DNA of 64,000 nucleotides from Candidatus Doudnabacteria bacterium RIFCSPHIGHO2_01_FULL_46_14 (GCA_001779925.1 MFEK01000016.1:78504-142503), one strand, 5' to 3'. Positions 8,476 through 18,974 are shown, numbered from the stretch's first letter. Made by a program: numbers and translations. The notes: generated by a model not told the origin, from the letters alone.

Positions 8476-9801
8476 ATGTTTAAGGCTCAAGCGCAAACAG
8501 CCACAAAAACTGCGGAAAATCTCCATAAACGCCAGAAACAGGCCGAAAAAATAAGTCTTTCCAAGTACTTCCCCAAAGGAAGTGTTTATTTTTACGCTTT
8601 TCCGGCTGGAGAAGAGTCCAATTTTTACAATGCCGTCCCCCCATGGATCGAGGAACTTGTGGCAGCCCGGCCCATGATTTGCGCGGGAGACGACATCAAG
8701 GTTTTGAGCTTTGCCGCACCCGCAAATCCTGATCTCAGAAACGTTCTCGAGAATGAATGTGGTCTCAGTCTCAGCCATCCGGAACGGATCATAGCACTTT
8801 CCAAAAATATTTCTTCGGAGGTCCAAGGCCGCGAGCGTAACGAAATTGTCAAAAACAATCTTGCCCGTCTGTTCAGCGAGAAGCAGCTTATCATGGCTCA
8901 GCCATTCCTCGACCGCAATCTCAAATCTGCCTTTCAAATCGATCCGGAGCTGACCATTTGGCTGAACGACAAAAAAAACCTGCCATACCTTGTGCCCTCG
9001 CAATACCTGCCAGAGCGCCTGGCCGAGTTCACCAGCGGATCGGAATTCGCTGCTGGTGGCAACCTAGGAACACCCTGCGTGGTCAAGGTTTCTTCCTCGA
9101 GCGCGGGAGACGGAGTGCGCATTTGCCAAGGAGAAAAAAGTCTGGATCAAGCGCGGCAAGATCTAAAAAATCTGCGCGGTCATATCCTAATCGAACAGTA
9201 TATTCGAGCCCGTGATAATTACTGCGTGCAATTTGCCATACCTTACGACCCAGACCAAGACATAGAAATCATCGGCCAAAATCGCCAGCTCATTTCCCCG
9301 GCCGGAGAGTTCCTTGGCGCGGCCGTGGATCAGCACGATCCCAATCCAACCCTCGCAGATATCTACCGCGTCCTGGAAAAATACATCTTGCCGCGAGTAC
9401 GCGCCCGCGGCTGGTATGGCATCGGCGGCATTGACGTGCTCGTCGCTGAAAATGGAGAATTCTATTTCATTGATGCCAATTTCCGCATGACCGCCACCTT
9501 TGCTTATGTTTGCCAGGTAAAAAACGGTGCTATAAAAAAACCACTGATCAGTTTCACTGGCTCGTTCCAAGGTTCCCTTGATGAGCTGAAAAATATTTTT
9601 GCACCGCATGCGGTGCGCGGACACGCAAACCAGATTCTGCAAATGCTGTCCATAACGAAAAAACAAAACAGCTACTGGTTTAATGCCGGCATGCTATTTG
9701 ACCACCCGGAAACAGTCTGGGAAAACGCACAGGATTTGCTGAAGCTCGGGATTAATTCCCAGGTCCTGGCTAACCTCGCGCAAAAAAATAACCTAGTCTA
9801 G
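8476..9801 (+). CDS. ATP-grasp domain ligase
   Basis: LNDK, VVK..SSAGDGV, LIEQYI, GIDVL, FIDANFR. Confidence 0.85.
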   Translation: MFKAQAQTATKTAENLHKRQKQAEKISLSKYFPKGSVYFYAFPAGEESNFYNAVPPWIEELVAARPMICAGDDIKVLSFAAPANPDLRNVLENECGLSLSHPERIIALSKNISSEVQGRERNEIVKNNLARLFSEKQLIMAQPFLDRNLKSAFQIDPELTIWLNDKKNLPYLVPSQYLPERLAEFTSGSEFAAGGNLGTPCVVKVSSSSAGDGVRICQGEKSLDQARQDLKNLRGHILIEQYIRARDNYCVQFAIPYDPDQDIEIIGQNRQLISPAGEFLGAAVDQHDPNPTLADIYRVLEKYILPRVRARGWYGIGGIDVLVAENGEFYFIDANFRMTATFAYVCQVKNGAIKKPLISFTGSFQGSLDELKNIFAPHAVRGHANQILQMLSITKKQNSYWFNAGMLFDHPETVWENAQDLLKLGINSQVLANLAQKNNLV

Positions 9802-10980
9802 CAATCGCGTTCCCGGAATCGGCTTTATAAATTCCTGCGCCAGAGTGAAACGATAAGCCCCTTGGTTTGGTATCACGATCACGTCCCCGGACGTGATTTT
9901 TTTGGCAAAAATATAATAGCCCCAGATGTCCCGCGGCGTGCAGAGCGAGCCATAAATGGGAAACCGAAGCTCGCGCTTGGAAAAATTACTTAGATTGATA
10001 ATAGGCAAATAAAATTCTTTGCCAAACTCCCAGCCCATCATGTTAATGCCACCGTCAGTGATAGCGAGCCCCTCTTTGACATCCACGATCCTCAGCACAA
10101 GATGCATGGCTTTCGTGGAAATGATTCGGCCCGGCTCTAAATAATATTCCGGTTTCAGAATTGACTCGAGATGTTTCTTGATTGCGATTTTTAAACTTTT
10201 TGCAAATTGCTCGGGACTAACTGCTCGGGTTGCCGAATAGCCTTTGCCGTTTTTCAAATACACCCCTTCTACCTTATTAGGAAAATATCCCCCGCCAAGA
10301 TCAATATATTTGATTTGAGAGAGCATCTCCGGAGAAAAATTCTTTCGCAAATACTGCCCCAATTCTGCAATGATCTTTACATTTCTATCCGCGGTCAAAT
10401 TGTGACTGGAATGAAACTGGATGCCCCGCAGATGAAGATTGGGAATTTCATTTGCGGCTTTCCAAAATCTTGCCAAGTCTTTCAGAGGAATGCCAAATTT
10501 TGTCCAATGCCCATGATGTTTACTGAAAAATCGTACACCTGCGTGAAGCTGAACCCGTTTATTTTTTAGAAGTTTACCCACGCGCGACAGCTCGCTGAAA
10601 TTATCAATATTGAGAATCACTTTACCTGTGTGTTTCAAGGCCAGTTTTAACTCTGCATCGGTTTTGCCTGGGCCAGTAAACAGAATCTCCTTTGCACCAG
10701 CCTTTAAAGCTAGGTTTAGTTCCCTGCCGCTCGACGCATCAAGTCCCCAGCCGTGCCGAACGACTTTTTGAAGTATGTGCGCATGATAGTTTGATTTGAT
10801 CGCGTAAAAAAACCTGCTCTGCGGCAAATGCTTGCGAAAGGCTTTCTGGAATTCATTAATACTTTGGTTCAGACCCAAATCATCAATCAAATAAAACGGC
10901 GTAGGGAATTTCTTGGCAATCGCCAAAATTTTTGCTTGTTTTTTCTTTATGTCCAAAACTACTTCTATAAATTTGTTCAT
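9793..10980 (-). CDS. PLP-dependent Orn/DAP/Arg decarboxylase family (LysA-like)
   Basis: FYAIKSN PLP lysine, DASSGRE, KFGI, DLGGG, EPGR, GSLCTPRD, GAY. Confidence 0.9.
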   Translation of the reverse strand: MNKFIEVVLDIKKKQAKILAIAKKFPTPFYLIDDLGLNQSINEFQKAFRKHLPQSRFFYAIKSNYHAHILQKVVRHGWGLDASSGRELNLALKAGAKEILFTGPGKTDAELKLALKHTGKVILNIDNFSELSRVGKLLKNKRVQLHAGVRFFSKHHGHWTKFGIPLKDLARFWKAANEIPNLHLRGIQFHSSHNLTADRNVKIIAELGQYLRKNFSPEMLSQIKYIDLGGGYFPNKVEGVYLKNGKGYSATRAVSPEQFAKSLKIAIKKHLESILKPEYYLEPGRIISTKAMHLVLRIVDVKEGLAITDGGINMMGWEFGKEFYLPIINLSNFSKRELRFPIYGSLCTPRDIWGYYIFAKKITSGDVIVIPNQGAYRFTLAQEFIKPIPGTRLLD

Positions 10981-11014
10981 AGCTTCGCCAGTATAACAAA
11001 AAACCAGCTTCAAT

Positions 11015-11524
11015 TCATACCTCGAATAGCTTAAACCCAGCAACCAAGAAGGCGTGAAGCAGGGTAGGAATGAATAGGCTGTTTGTTAGTGCAAATATCA
11101 AACCAAGGAGCAGGCCTGCCAAGAATGTAATTCCAGAAAGTTTCCAATTCCAGCTCAGAGGGTAGAAACCTCTAGCGCCATTGAATAGATGAGCGATTCC
11201 GAATATGAGCGCGGAAAGCAAAACAGCAGTGGCGATATTGGTATAATATTCTTGAAAAAATCCCTGAATAATACCCCGAAAAAATATTTCTTCCGGAAAG
11301 GCAAACATGACGCCATACAGTACTGCTAAAATAACCCTCAATCTATGGAAAAAATAAACCCCTAGTAAAGAGGGGGCGATAATAATCACTATCGCTCCCC
11401 AAAGATGGTGGGGCAGATCATAACGTAATTTACCGGGGAGGAAAATAAAAAACAAAGGAGTTATTACTGAATAAAGAGCCAGAACTCCTAAATGATAGTT
11501 GGAAAGTCCGAAATATTTTTTCAC
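11015..11524 (-). CDS. CPBP/Abi (CAAX-II) intramembrane protease
   Basis: EEIFFRG, FGIAH and LLHA motifs. Confidence 0.88.
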   Translation of the reverse strand: MKKYFGLSNYHLGVLALYSVITPLFFIFLPGKLRYDLPHHLWGAIVIIIAPSLLGVYFFHRLRVILAVLYGVMFAFPEEIFFRGIIQGFFQEYYTNIATAVLLSALIFGIAHLFNGARGFYPLSWNWKLSGITFLAGLLLGLIFALTNSLFIPTLLHAFLVAGFKLFEV

Positions 11525-11561
11525 GTTTATGCAATCTTCGACAAATCTGCTTCTGGCGTAA

Positions 11562-11588
11562 GCCAGCCGTAGCTTTAGCGAAGGCTGG
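11562..11588. repeat. Short palindromic element abutting the tRNA-Gly 3' end
   Basis: gccagccgtagctttagcgaaggctgg. Confidence 0.5.
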
Positions 11589-11659
11589 AGCGGCTAACGG
11601 GAATCGAACCCGTGTCCTCTCCTTGGCAAGGAGAAATTCTACCATTGAACCATAGCCGC
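11586..11659 (-). tRNA. tRNA-Gly(GCC)
   Basis: TCTCC-TT-GCC-AA-GGAGA, U discriminator, CCA. Confidence 0.95.
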
Positions 11660-11666
11660 TTATTTT

Positions 11667-11741
11667 TGGTGCCGGGCCCCAGAGTCGAACTGGGCACGCC
11701 TGCCTCTTCAGGGCAGCGCTCTACCGATGAGCTAGCCCGGC
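11667..11741 (-). tRNA. tRNA-Phe(GAA)
   Basis: CTGCC-CT-GAA-GA-GGCAG, CCA. Confidence 0.94.
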
Positions 11742-11794
11742 AAATTATTAAACAGCTTTTGTATTTTACCCTAACTTTTATTTTTTTTCAACCC

Positions 11795-12574
11795 TCACCT
11801 CAAACTGCTCCAGAGCTGGCGGAACCACATTACAAATGTGTCAACGATGGCTTGGTTTTCGATAATGATCCCCGAGGGATGACCGGTCATATCCAGAATA
11901 GCAATTTTATTCATCCAACATAATGTATCCGTGGGGAATTCTTTTTTCTCCTGCGGCCAGACTTTATGGAAAAAATTCTTTTGCTCATGCTTTTTTACCT
12001 GCTCGAGAAAATCCTTCAGCATAGGCGTTTCGCTGATGATTGCGTATTTGCGCATCTGCTCGTAGTAAATATGCTGATTATGTTCGATCCATCCGGGAAT
12101 CACAGTCTCCATCCGATCCGCGGAAAACACTACGTAAAAATTATACGGGCGTACCAACTTTGAAAGATCCTTGCGAATCTCCGCGTTGATGCTCTTAATC
12201 CCTTCGACCCCTTCAAAAAATCGCACCTTGGTTTTCTGCGGCATACTGCTTTGCAAAGCCTGGAACATTGGCGCAGCTTTTACCAAGTCCTTTTCTAGCC
12301 GCTGCATGTCCCTCTGTTTTCTTTCCACATAAGCTACGAGCCCGCCGTAATCTAAAGCCTGCACTTTTTTTATGCCATGCTTTTCTTCGAACTCTGCAAA
12401 AAGCCCTTTTTCTTTGAGTTGCTCGGCAATCTCATAAACATAAGTGCGGGCAACCCCCGCCTCTCTTGCGACCCGGCTAATCGGAGCGGCGCCGATTTTG
12501 AGCGCGCCTAAAAACACTTTGGTCTCATTCGTGCTCAAACCGATATCTTTCAATATCTTTTCAATTCTATCCAT
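11795..12574 (-). CDS. TrmB-family transcriptional regulator
   Basis: IGLSTNETKVF..L, HTH ARTYVY, KVRFFEGVEG. Confidence 0.87.
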   Translation of the reverse strand: MDRIEKILKDIGLSTNETKVFLGALKIGAAPISRVAREAGVARTYVYEIAEQLKEKGLFAEFEEKHGIKKVQALDYGGLVAYVERKQRDMQRLEKDLVKAAPMFQALQSSMPQKTKVRFFEGVEGIKSINAEIRKDLSKLVRPYNFYVVFSADRMETVIPGWIEHNQHIYYEQMRKYAIISETPMLKDFLEQVKKHEQKNFFHKVWPQEKKEFPTDTLCWMNKIAILDMTGHPSGIIIENQAIVDTFVMWFRQLWSSLR

Positions 12575-12580
12575 AAATTC

Positions 12581-12597
12581 GTAAGTAATTTTCTTAC
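12581..12597. promoter_or_regulatory. Putative TrmB operator GTAAG-N7-CTTAC
   Basis: Inverted repeat 6 nt upstream of the TrmB start. Confidence 0.55.
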
Positions 12598-12714
12598 ACT
12601 ATTATATTATATCTTAGCCATAATCTCGTCAATTACTATTGAAATTGTTAAATTAATGTTTACAATTATTTTTAAATTCCTTATGATTCTTCGTTGAACA
12701 TTAATTTCCGCGGA

Positions 12715-13683
12715 ATGAACACGAGTATTGATATCACAGACCTGTTCATCATGGCAGGTATTGAACACAAAGGTCGGGTACAAATAACTCACGAAGATAT
12801 GAGCGGGCTTGAACCGCACCCCAAAAACGATTGGCTTTACTTGGGACTCTTGTCTTTAAAAGAAATCGCGAAACGCGAAGGGGTTTTTATCCGCTCATCT
12901 GCGTTTATTGGGAGCGGTAATGGCATTGAAACCATAGCCGCACTGAAGCTTTTTCCAAATCTAGAAACCATTTTTATCACTGACCTGGTAAAAAATATTC
13001 AACCCGCGATCATCAAAAACATTACCGCCAATGCGAATGAAGAACTAAAAGGCATCAGAACCTACTGCTTGGAAGGACGCGACTGCTCCCCTCTTTCAGA
13101 ACCTGTTGACCTCATCTATGGGAATCTCCCCTTGATCATGATTGACCAAAGGGAAATCGAAAAACACCGCCTTTCACTCACGACTCTTACGGACGAGCAA
13201 ATGTATATGCATCTCTCGCAAGGACCGTATGATATGCTGACACGCTGGTCTCTGCTTTCTCAACTGGGATTTTTACTCAGCGCGAAAGAAAAGCTCGCAC
13301 CGGGCGGCTCTATTCTGACCTTTATTGGCGGACGAATTCCTTATTACGCAATCGAGCAGTGTTTTCGTAGAGCAGGGGTTGGCTATCGAAAGCTCTTTAC
13401 TTCGTTTAAACGACAAAGTGATGGGCAGTTTTTCAAACAGTACGCAGAATACGAAACCAAAGAAGGGGTAGATTTTGCCTTTTATGATTATAAGGAAGCA
13501 GTAGAAATCCTCCGGCAGAAGCTCGGCATAATCGCTCCAGAAATCATTGTCGATATTGAGGATGCTGATTTAAAAATCCTTCTTGCCCCAACGCTGATCT
13601 CAGCAAACAAGGCCTACGAAAATTATCAAAAAGGAATGTCGGTGGGACATATTGCGCATGCATTCGAGGCTTGGAATGACTAA
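12715..13683 (+). CDS. Putative SAM-dependent methyltransferase (HemK-like motifs)
   Basis: FIGSGNGIE motif I, ITDL, VDLIYGNLP, LAPGG. Confidence 0.65.
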   Translation: MNTSIDITDLFIMAGIEHKGRVQITHEDMSGLEPHPKNDWLYLGLLSLKEIAKREGVFIRSSAFIGSGNGIETIAALKLFPNLETIFITDLVKNIQPAIIKNITANANEELKGIRTYCLEGRDCSPLSEPVDLIYGNLPLIMIDQREIEKHRLSLTTLTDEQMYMHLSQGPYDMLTRWSLLSQLGFLLSAKEKLAPGGSILTFIGGRIPYYAIEQCFRRAGVGYRKLFTSFKRQSDGQFFKQYAEYETKEGVDFAFYDYKEAVEILRQKLGIIAPEIIVDIEDADLKILLAPTLISANKAYENYQKGMSVGHIAHAFEAWND

Positions 13684-14578
13684 TTTATTGGGAGCGATCG
13701 GCAACACGCCGCTTGTTCAGGTGAATTTCAAAACTAACGCAAGGGTTTTTGCCAAGCTTGAATATCTAAATCCCGGCGGCAGTATTAAAGATCGCTCTGC
13801 TTTATACATGGTAGAGGAAGCGGAAAAACAAGGCTTGTTGAAACCTGGCGGCACGATTGTGGAGGCATCCTCTGGAAACCAGGGAATCGCCCTGGCGATG
13901 ATCGGCGCGGTTAAAAGATACAAAGTTATAATTACAGTCTCGGAAAAGATCAGCGAAGAAAAACTAAAAACTCTTAAAGCCTATGGTGCAAAGGTTGTGA
14001 TTTGTCCCGCCACAAATTTTATTGATGATCCAAAGAGTTATCATAGTCAGGCCAGAATCATACTGGGAAAAACGCCTAGGGGGTTCATGCCAAATCAGTA
14101 TTTCAATTTAAAAAATCCTGAGGCACATTATAACTCTCTTGGTCCAGAAATCTGGCAACAAACCCAAGGCAAGATTACTCATCTTTTCGCGGCCGCGGGA
14201 ACTGGTGGCACTGTAAGCGGAGCTGGCAAGTTCCTTAAAGAACAAAATCCTAAAATACGAGTGATCGCTGTGGACGCCGCTAGCTCTTTTGATGCGACAC
14301 GAGGACATCCGAAGCCCTACAAAATGGAAGGAATAGGTATAGATTTTAACACTCCGTGTCTTGACCGAGAAATTTTGGATGAAATTATCCCAGTCGCTGA
14401 TGATGAGGCTTTTGTCATGATGAAAATCATGGCTCGCAATCGCGGCTTGCTCGTTGGCACTAGCAGCGGCGCCGTTGCTCATGCGGTAAATCAATATGCG
14501 GAAAAATTCGAGGACGGCGATGTAGCGGTGATGATCTTTGGGGATTCCGGCAGAGCTTATTTGTCAAAAGATTATTAG
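13676..14578 (+). CDS. Cysteine synthase/cystathionine beta-synthase family PLP enzyme
   Basis: IGNTPL, KLEYLNPGGSIKDR, SSGNQG, GTGGT, EGIG. Confidence 0.93.
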   Translation: MTNLLGAIGNTPLVQVNFKTNARVFAKLEYLNPGGSIKDRSALYMVEEAEKQGLLKPGGTIVEASSGNQGIALAMIGAVKRYKVIITVSEKISEEKLKTLKAYGAKVVICPATNFIDDPKSYHSQARIILGKTPRGFMPNQYFNLKNPEAHYNSLGPEIWQQTQGKITHLFAAAGTGGTVSGAGKFLKEQNPKIRVIAVDAASSFDATRGHPKPYKMEGIGIDFNTPCLDREILDEIIPVADDEAFVMMKIMARNRGLLVGTSSGAVAHAVNQYAEKFEDGDVAVMIFGDSGRAYLSKDY

Positions 14579-14647
14579 AATTAAAAAGCCCCAACGCGGA
14601 GTCGGAGCTTGAGCGGGGGAATTAAGTAACGGGGAATTTTACGCGAA

Positions 14648-14875
14648 CTATCTTCGCAGATTTCTTTGCGATCTTGGTTTGAAGTTCTCCATAAAGAGAA
14701 CTAAGGCCAGAATACTGAGCGCTACCACGAGTCCGGTTCTGACAATCGAGTCAAGCGCCGAACGACTGTCGTTCAAGCTGACTGCCGCGATTACTGCCAA
14801 AACCGCAAGAACAACTGCGAAGAAACAACCGGCGATGCGGTCGATTCTTCCGGGCAACCACACTACTTTTTTCAT
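14648..14875 (-). CDS. Small 2-TM hypothetical protein
   Basis: SD AAAGGAGG; own TAGACA-17-TATCAT promoter near 14903-14931. Confidence 0.65.
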   Translation of the reverse strand: MKKVVWLPGRIDRIAGCFFAVVLAVLAVIAAVSLNDSRSALDSIVRTGLVVALSILALVLFMENFKPRSQRNLRR

Positions 14876-14967
14876 GTGGGCTTCCTCCTTTGACTGCGCA
14901 GATGATAGCACAAAAACAGCCCTCTGTCTAGGGCTTGTTTACTTACAACTTATAACTCTACAACTTA

Positions 14968-15468
14968 CTACTTCTTCACGAGTCCCCACTCTTGCTTGGC
15001 GATTTCTTTATCGCCGGCAAGGAGTTTCACTATATCGGCTCGCGACACAATGCCGACGAGCTTGCCGTTATCAAGCACGGGCACCGGGTTGGCTTTTTTG
15101 TGCAAAAATGTTTCAGCGAGAGTCTCGAGCGTGTCGTCCGGTTTTGCAGTCATAACCTCTTCAGTCATAACCTCTTCAACCTTGGTCGCAGTGAGAACCT
15201 CAAGCTGTTTTTCAATCTCATCGCCGTTGGCGGGGTTGTCCAGATAAACGAAGCTCCCCAGTATGCCTAAAATTTTTGGGATATGGACAGGTTCTTCCAT
15301 TTTGACCAGGTCCTGCTCAGTCACAATTCCTATGAGTTGTTCGGCCTCATCCAAAACCGGCAAACCGGAAAGACCGTTAAGATACATAAGCCTTGCTGCT
15401 TCCTTGATCGAATCATAAGGCGTACAGAAGATTACGTTTTTGGTCATTATGTCTTTGACTGTTGTCAT
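14968..15468 (-). CDS. CBS-domain protein
   Basis: VKDIMT, GLPVLD, GIVTEQDL, PVLDNGKLVGIVSRADI. Confidence 0.92.
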   Translation of the reverse strand: MTTVKDIMTKNVIFCTPYDSIKEAARLMYLNGLSGLPVLDEAEQLIGIVTEQDLVKMEEPVHIPKILGILGSFVYLDNPANGDEIEKQLEVLTATKVEEVMTEEVMTAKPDDTLETLAETFLHKKANPVPVLDNGKLVGIVSRADIVKLLAGDKEIAKQEWGLVKK

Positions 15469-15470
15469 AG

Positions 15471-15537
15471 TTTTACGAATTACGAATTTTTACGAACTTA
15501 CGAATTCGTACATTCGTATCCATTCGTTATTCGTAAA
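15471..15537. repeat. TTACGAA/TTCGTA inverted heptamer array
   Basis: Four tacgaa units followed by four ttcgt units. Confidence 0.8.
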
Positions 15538-15539
15538 GC

Positions 15540-16514
15540 TTAAGTTATCTTCCACCCATTCTCTGTTTTCTCTATTGTCCCTTTAAATTTAAATCCTGCC
15601 GCCAGTTTGTGTCCTCCCCCGCCGAAGCTGCGTGCAATCTCGGAAACATCCACGCCTTTGTGAGGTTCGCTGCGTAGACTTCCCTTAATCTCAGAACCGC
15701 GCTGCTTTAAAAGCATGGAAAATTTCGCTTCGGGAATGGTGTTGAGGAGCTCTACTACCCCCTCGAGATCCTCCTCGGAAGCCTGAGCTTTTTCCAAATC
15801 CTCAGCTGTAACTACAGTATATACGACTCTGGCTTTCTCATCAAAACGGGCTTGGTCGAGTGCCATGGCCCAGACCTTCAGTTTCGGCAAATCCTTTTGC
15901 GAAGAGGTAAAACGCGAAACAAGATCGAGCCTTGCGCCTTTGCGCAAAAGCTCGGCAGCGATTTCCAGAGTCGCGGCCGTGACATTAGCGTGCCGGAAAC
16001 CGCCAGTATCCGTAAAGATCCCGGTAAGCAGACAAAGCGCCATGGCCTTGTCTATTTCCACCCCCCATTCTCCGAGCATCACGTACACGAGCTCGCAGTT
16101 GGCAGCCCGGGTTTCATCCCAGACATTTACTGTTCCAAACATTTGCGTATCGTGATGATGATCAATGTTCAAAATGGATTTTTGCCAATTGTTCAGCTCG
16201 GCAAATCCGGTGCGATCGAGCTTGCCGCAGCCCATGGTAAGGATCGCGTCGTAATTAGCAAAATCTACCGGCAGTTTGTCATACACATCGCTGTGACCCG
16301 GCAGAAAAAGTAAATTTTCCGGTACCCCGCCGTACGCCATACTCCAAACCTCTTTGCCCATCCCCTCCAAAGCTCGCGCAAGCGCAAGCACGCTTCCGAG
16401 GTCGTCCCCGTCAGTGTATTCATGGGAAATCAAAATAAAACGCTTGTTAGCGTTTACCAAATCATAGGCTTTCGTAAACTCGGTTTTTAATTCACTCTTA
16501 ATCTCAATCGCCAT
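15540..16514 (-). CDS. DHH/DHHA1 phosphoesterase (NrnA-like)
   Basis: DGDDLGS, IDHH, TDTGGF, SLRS, GGGGHKLAAG. Confidence 0.92.
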   Translation of the reverse strand: MAIEIKSELKTEFTKAYDLVNANKRFILISHEYTDGDDLGSVLALARALEGMGKEVWSMAYGGVPENLLFLPGHSDVYDKLPVDFANYDAILTMGCGKLDRTGFAELNNWQKSILNIDHHHDTQMFGTVNVWDETRAANCELVYVMLGEWGVEIDKAMALCLLTGIFTDTGGFRHANVTAATLEIAAELLRKGARLDLVSRFTSSQKDLPKLKVWAMALDQARFDEKARVVYTVVTAEDLEKAQASEEDLEGVVELLNTIPEAKFSMLLKQRGSEIKGSLRSEPHKGVDVSEIARSFGGGGHKLAAGFKFKGTIEKTENGWKIT

Positions 16515-16839
16515 GCAATTTTTTTAAGACTTTGGAAATGTACTCGGCGTACTCGCCGGAAGAATCAGAGATAAAGGCAATGCGCGGCACTTTTTTCATT
16601 TCCAGCTTGTTATAGAGCACACCCTGGATTTCATAAATGTTTTTCTTCAAAATCTCCAGCACATCCTGCGGGTCCTGTCCGAGAGAAGAAAAAAAAATTT
16701 TCGCATGCTCCAAATCGCCGGAAACATCAACTGCGGTTACTGTAACAAGACCAGTGATGCCTTCCGGCTTATCTTCAACCAAGTGCTGGCTTATCAGCTG
16801 CTGGATTAATGAATTTACTTTCTCTTGCCGTGTAGACAT
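16504..16839 (-). CDS. rbfA: Ribosome-binding factor A
   Basis: VTVTAVDVSGDLEHAKIF, VPRIAF; follows infB. Confidence 0.93.
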   Translation of the reverse strand: MSTRQEKVNSLIQQLISQHLVEDKPEGITGLVTVTAVDVSGDLEHAKIFFSSLGQDPQDVLEILKKNIYEIQGVLYNKLEMKKVPRIAFISDSSGEYAEYISKVLKKLHGD

Positions 16840-16850
16840 TCCCTACTAAA

Positions 16851-16910
16851 TTACGAATAGTTACCAATTACGAATCCGGATTCGTAATTGGTATTGATTA
16901 GTAATTTGTA
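16851..16910. repeat. TTACGAA-family inverted heptamer array
   Basis: ttacgaatagttaccaattacgaatccggattcgtaattggta... Confidence 0.75.
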
Positions 16911-16913
16911 GGG

Positions 16914-18842
16914 TTATGTGCCTTTTTTCCTCACCGTCTCGTCAAAAATTTCCAGCACATCTCCTTCTTTTACCGGTGTTTTAACCTTGATTTTCAGGCC
17001 GAACTCTTTACCCAGAGACACCTCACCGACTTCGATTTTATTTTGCTGAAGCTCTTCGATCTTGCCTTCGCCGGCCAATACCTTGTCCCTAAAAATTCTA
17101 AATTTTTTCTTATCCACGATTTTTCCATCGGCCACCTCGCCGCCAACAATCATGACATCTTTTTCCGTGCGGAACACCGCCTTAATTTTGGCTTTCCCAA
17201 GAATAGTCTCCACTACAACCATGGGCATCATGACCAGAAGCGCCTGAGTGACATCCTCGATCAGCTCATAAATAATGTCATACATATCAACCGTAACATT
17301 TTTCTGCTTGGCCAACTTGGCCGCCCCGGCTGTCTGGCGCGTATGAAATCCGATGATGATGCTTTGCGTATTTTCCGCAAGCGCGATATCCGATTCGTTG
17401 ATCTCCGCAACTTTTTGATCAACTATATTCAGCTTTACATCCTCAGTATCGAGTTTCCCCAGCGCGTCCGTAATCGCGCCTAAACTGCCGGCCACATCCG
17501 CCCGTAAAATTAATTTCAATTCTTTCGTGTTTGAATCAGCTTTCAGCTGGGGCCGGCTCATCAGCCTTTTTACGCGCTCCAATTTCTGCAAATTCAGCGC
17601 CTCATGCTTAGCCTCATCAAGCGAACCCGTGACTTTCAAAATATCGCCGACCTCCGGCACGCCAGAAATTCCGGAAATGAGCACCGGGTAGGATGGTCCG
17701 GCTTCTTTAACTTTTTTAACAAGAGCGTCTTCCATAGCGCGGATTTTCCCATACGCAGTTCCCACGATCACAGTATCGCCGATCTTCAACGTCCCGTTCT
17801 GCACCAGTACAGTCGCAACTGCGCCGTGCGAGCGCGAAAGATGTGATTCGATGACAGTACCAAGAGTCTGCCCTTCCGGATTGGCTTTCAGCTCCTCCAC
17901 GTCAGCCACAATCAAAACTGTTTCCAGCAATTTATCAATCCCCATGCCGGTTTTGGCAGACAAAGGAACAGCCGGGGTATTGCCGCCCCATTCCTCAATA
18001 GTTACGCCAAGCTGGGACAAATCCGCTTTGACGCGGTCTATATTGGCCTCGGGTTTATCAACTTTGTTGATGGCCACAATCATCGGAGTCTTGGTAAGCT
18101 TGGCGCGGTTGATGACCTCAAGGGTTTGCGGCTTCACACTGTCGTCAGCCGCCACCACCAAAACAATAATGTCCGTAACGTTTGCGCCGCGGGCGCGCAT
18201 GGCCGCAAACGCCTCATGACCCGGGGTGTCGAGAAAAGTAATTTTGCGGCCATTAGATTCAACCTGATAAGCACCGATGTGCTGAGTGATCGCGCCCGAT
18301 TCCGTGGCCACAACATTAGTTTTGCGAATCGTATCAAGAAGCGTGGTTTTGCCGTGGTCAACATGGCCCATGACCGCCACAATCGGGGGCCGCTCTTTCA
18401 GGTTGGCAGGATCTTCTTTGGCCACCAAATCGAAAACATACCCGAGCGCCATTTTTGCAGGATCAGAGTTCGCTTTTTCCAGTTCTACCTCTACTCCAAA
18501 CTCGGAAGCTATGATGCCCGCAGTATCAGCATCTATCTCTTCATTAATAGTTGCCATAACCCCGTTCATAATTAATTTCTTTATAACTGCCGTAACCGGC
18601 TGTTTGAGCTTGGCAGAAAAATCCTTGACCGAAATAAGCTGGGGAATAATGATGCTGGTAATTTTCTCATCCATGACCACAGGCGCCGTGCTCTGTCCCG
18701 TCAGTTTTCTCATAATCTCGCGCGCCAGACTATTGTCAACTTTGCGCGCCTTCAGAGACACGCGAAAACCCGCCTCGCGCATTTTATTGCGCAGGTCCTG
18801 GACTGACATATTTAATTGCTGGGAAAGTGTAGAAAGATCCAT
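16914..18842 (-). CDS. infB: Translation initiation factor IF-2
   Basis: RPPIVAVMGHVDHGKTTLLD, DTPGHEAF, NKVD. Confidence 0.98.
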   Translation of the reverse strand: MDLSTLSQQLNMSVQDLRNKMREAGFRVSLKARKVDNSLAREIMRKLTGQSTAPVVMDEKITSIIIPQLISVKDFSAKLKQPVTAVIKKLIMNGVMATINEEIDADTAGIIASEFGVEVELEKANSDPAKMALGYVFDLVAKEDPANLKERPPIVAVMGHVDHGKTTLLDTIRKTNVVATESGAITQHIGAYQVESNGRKITFLDTPGHEAFAAMRARGANVTDIIVLVVAADDSVKPQTLEVINRAKLTKTPMIVAINKVDKPEANIDRVKADLSQLGVTIEEWGGNTPAVPLSAKTGMGIDKLLETVLIVADVEELKANPEGQTLGTVIESHLSRSHGAVATVLVQNGTLKIGDTVIVGTAYGKIRAMEDALVKKVKEAGPSYPVLISGISGVPEVGDILKVTGSLDEAKHEALNLQKLERVKRLMSRPQLKADSNTKELKLILRADVAGSLGAITDALGKLDTEDVKLNIVDQKVAEINESDIALAENTQSIIIGFHTRQTAGAAKLAKQKNVTVDMYDIIYELIEDVTQALLVMMPMVVVETILGKAKIKAVFRTEKDVMIVGGEVADGKIVDKKKFRIFRDKVLAGEGKIEELQQNKIEVGEVSLGKEFGLKIKVKTPVKEGDVLEIFDETVRKKGT

Positions 18843-18974
18843 CGCTGTTGATCCCTCTCCTTTGCAAGGAGAGGTAAAACTTTATGAATTAGAAATCATT
18901 ATGGCACTTTATTGGCATTTTTGCAATCATTCGAAAAGCGAAACGGGCGGTCCTAATGAACGCGCCCGTGAAAC

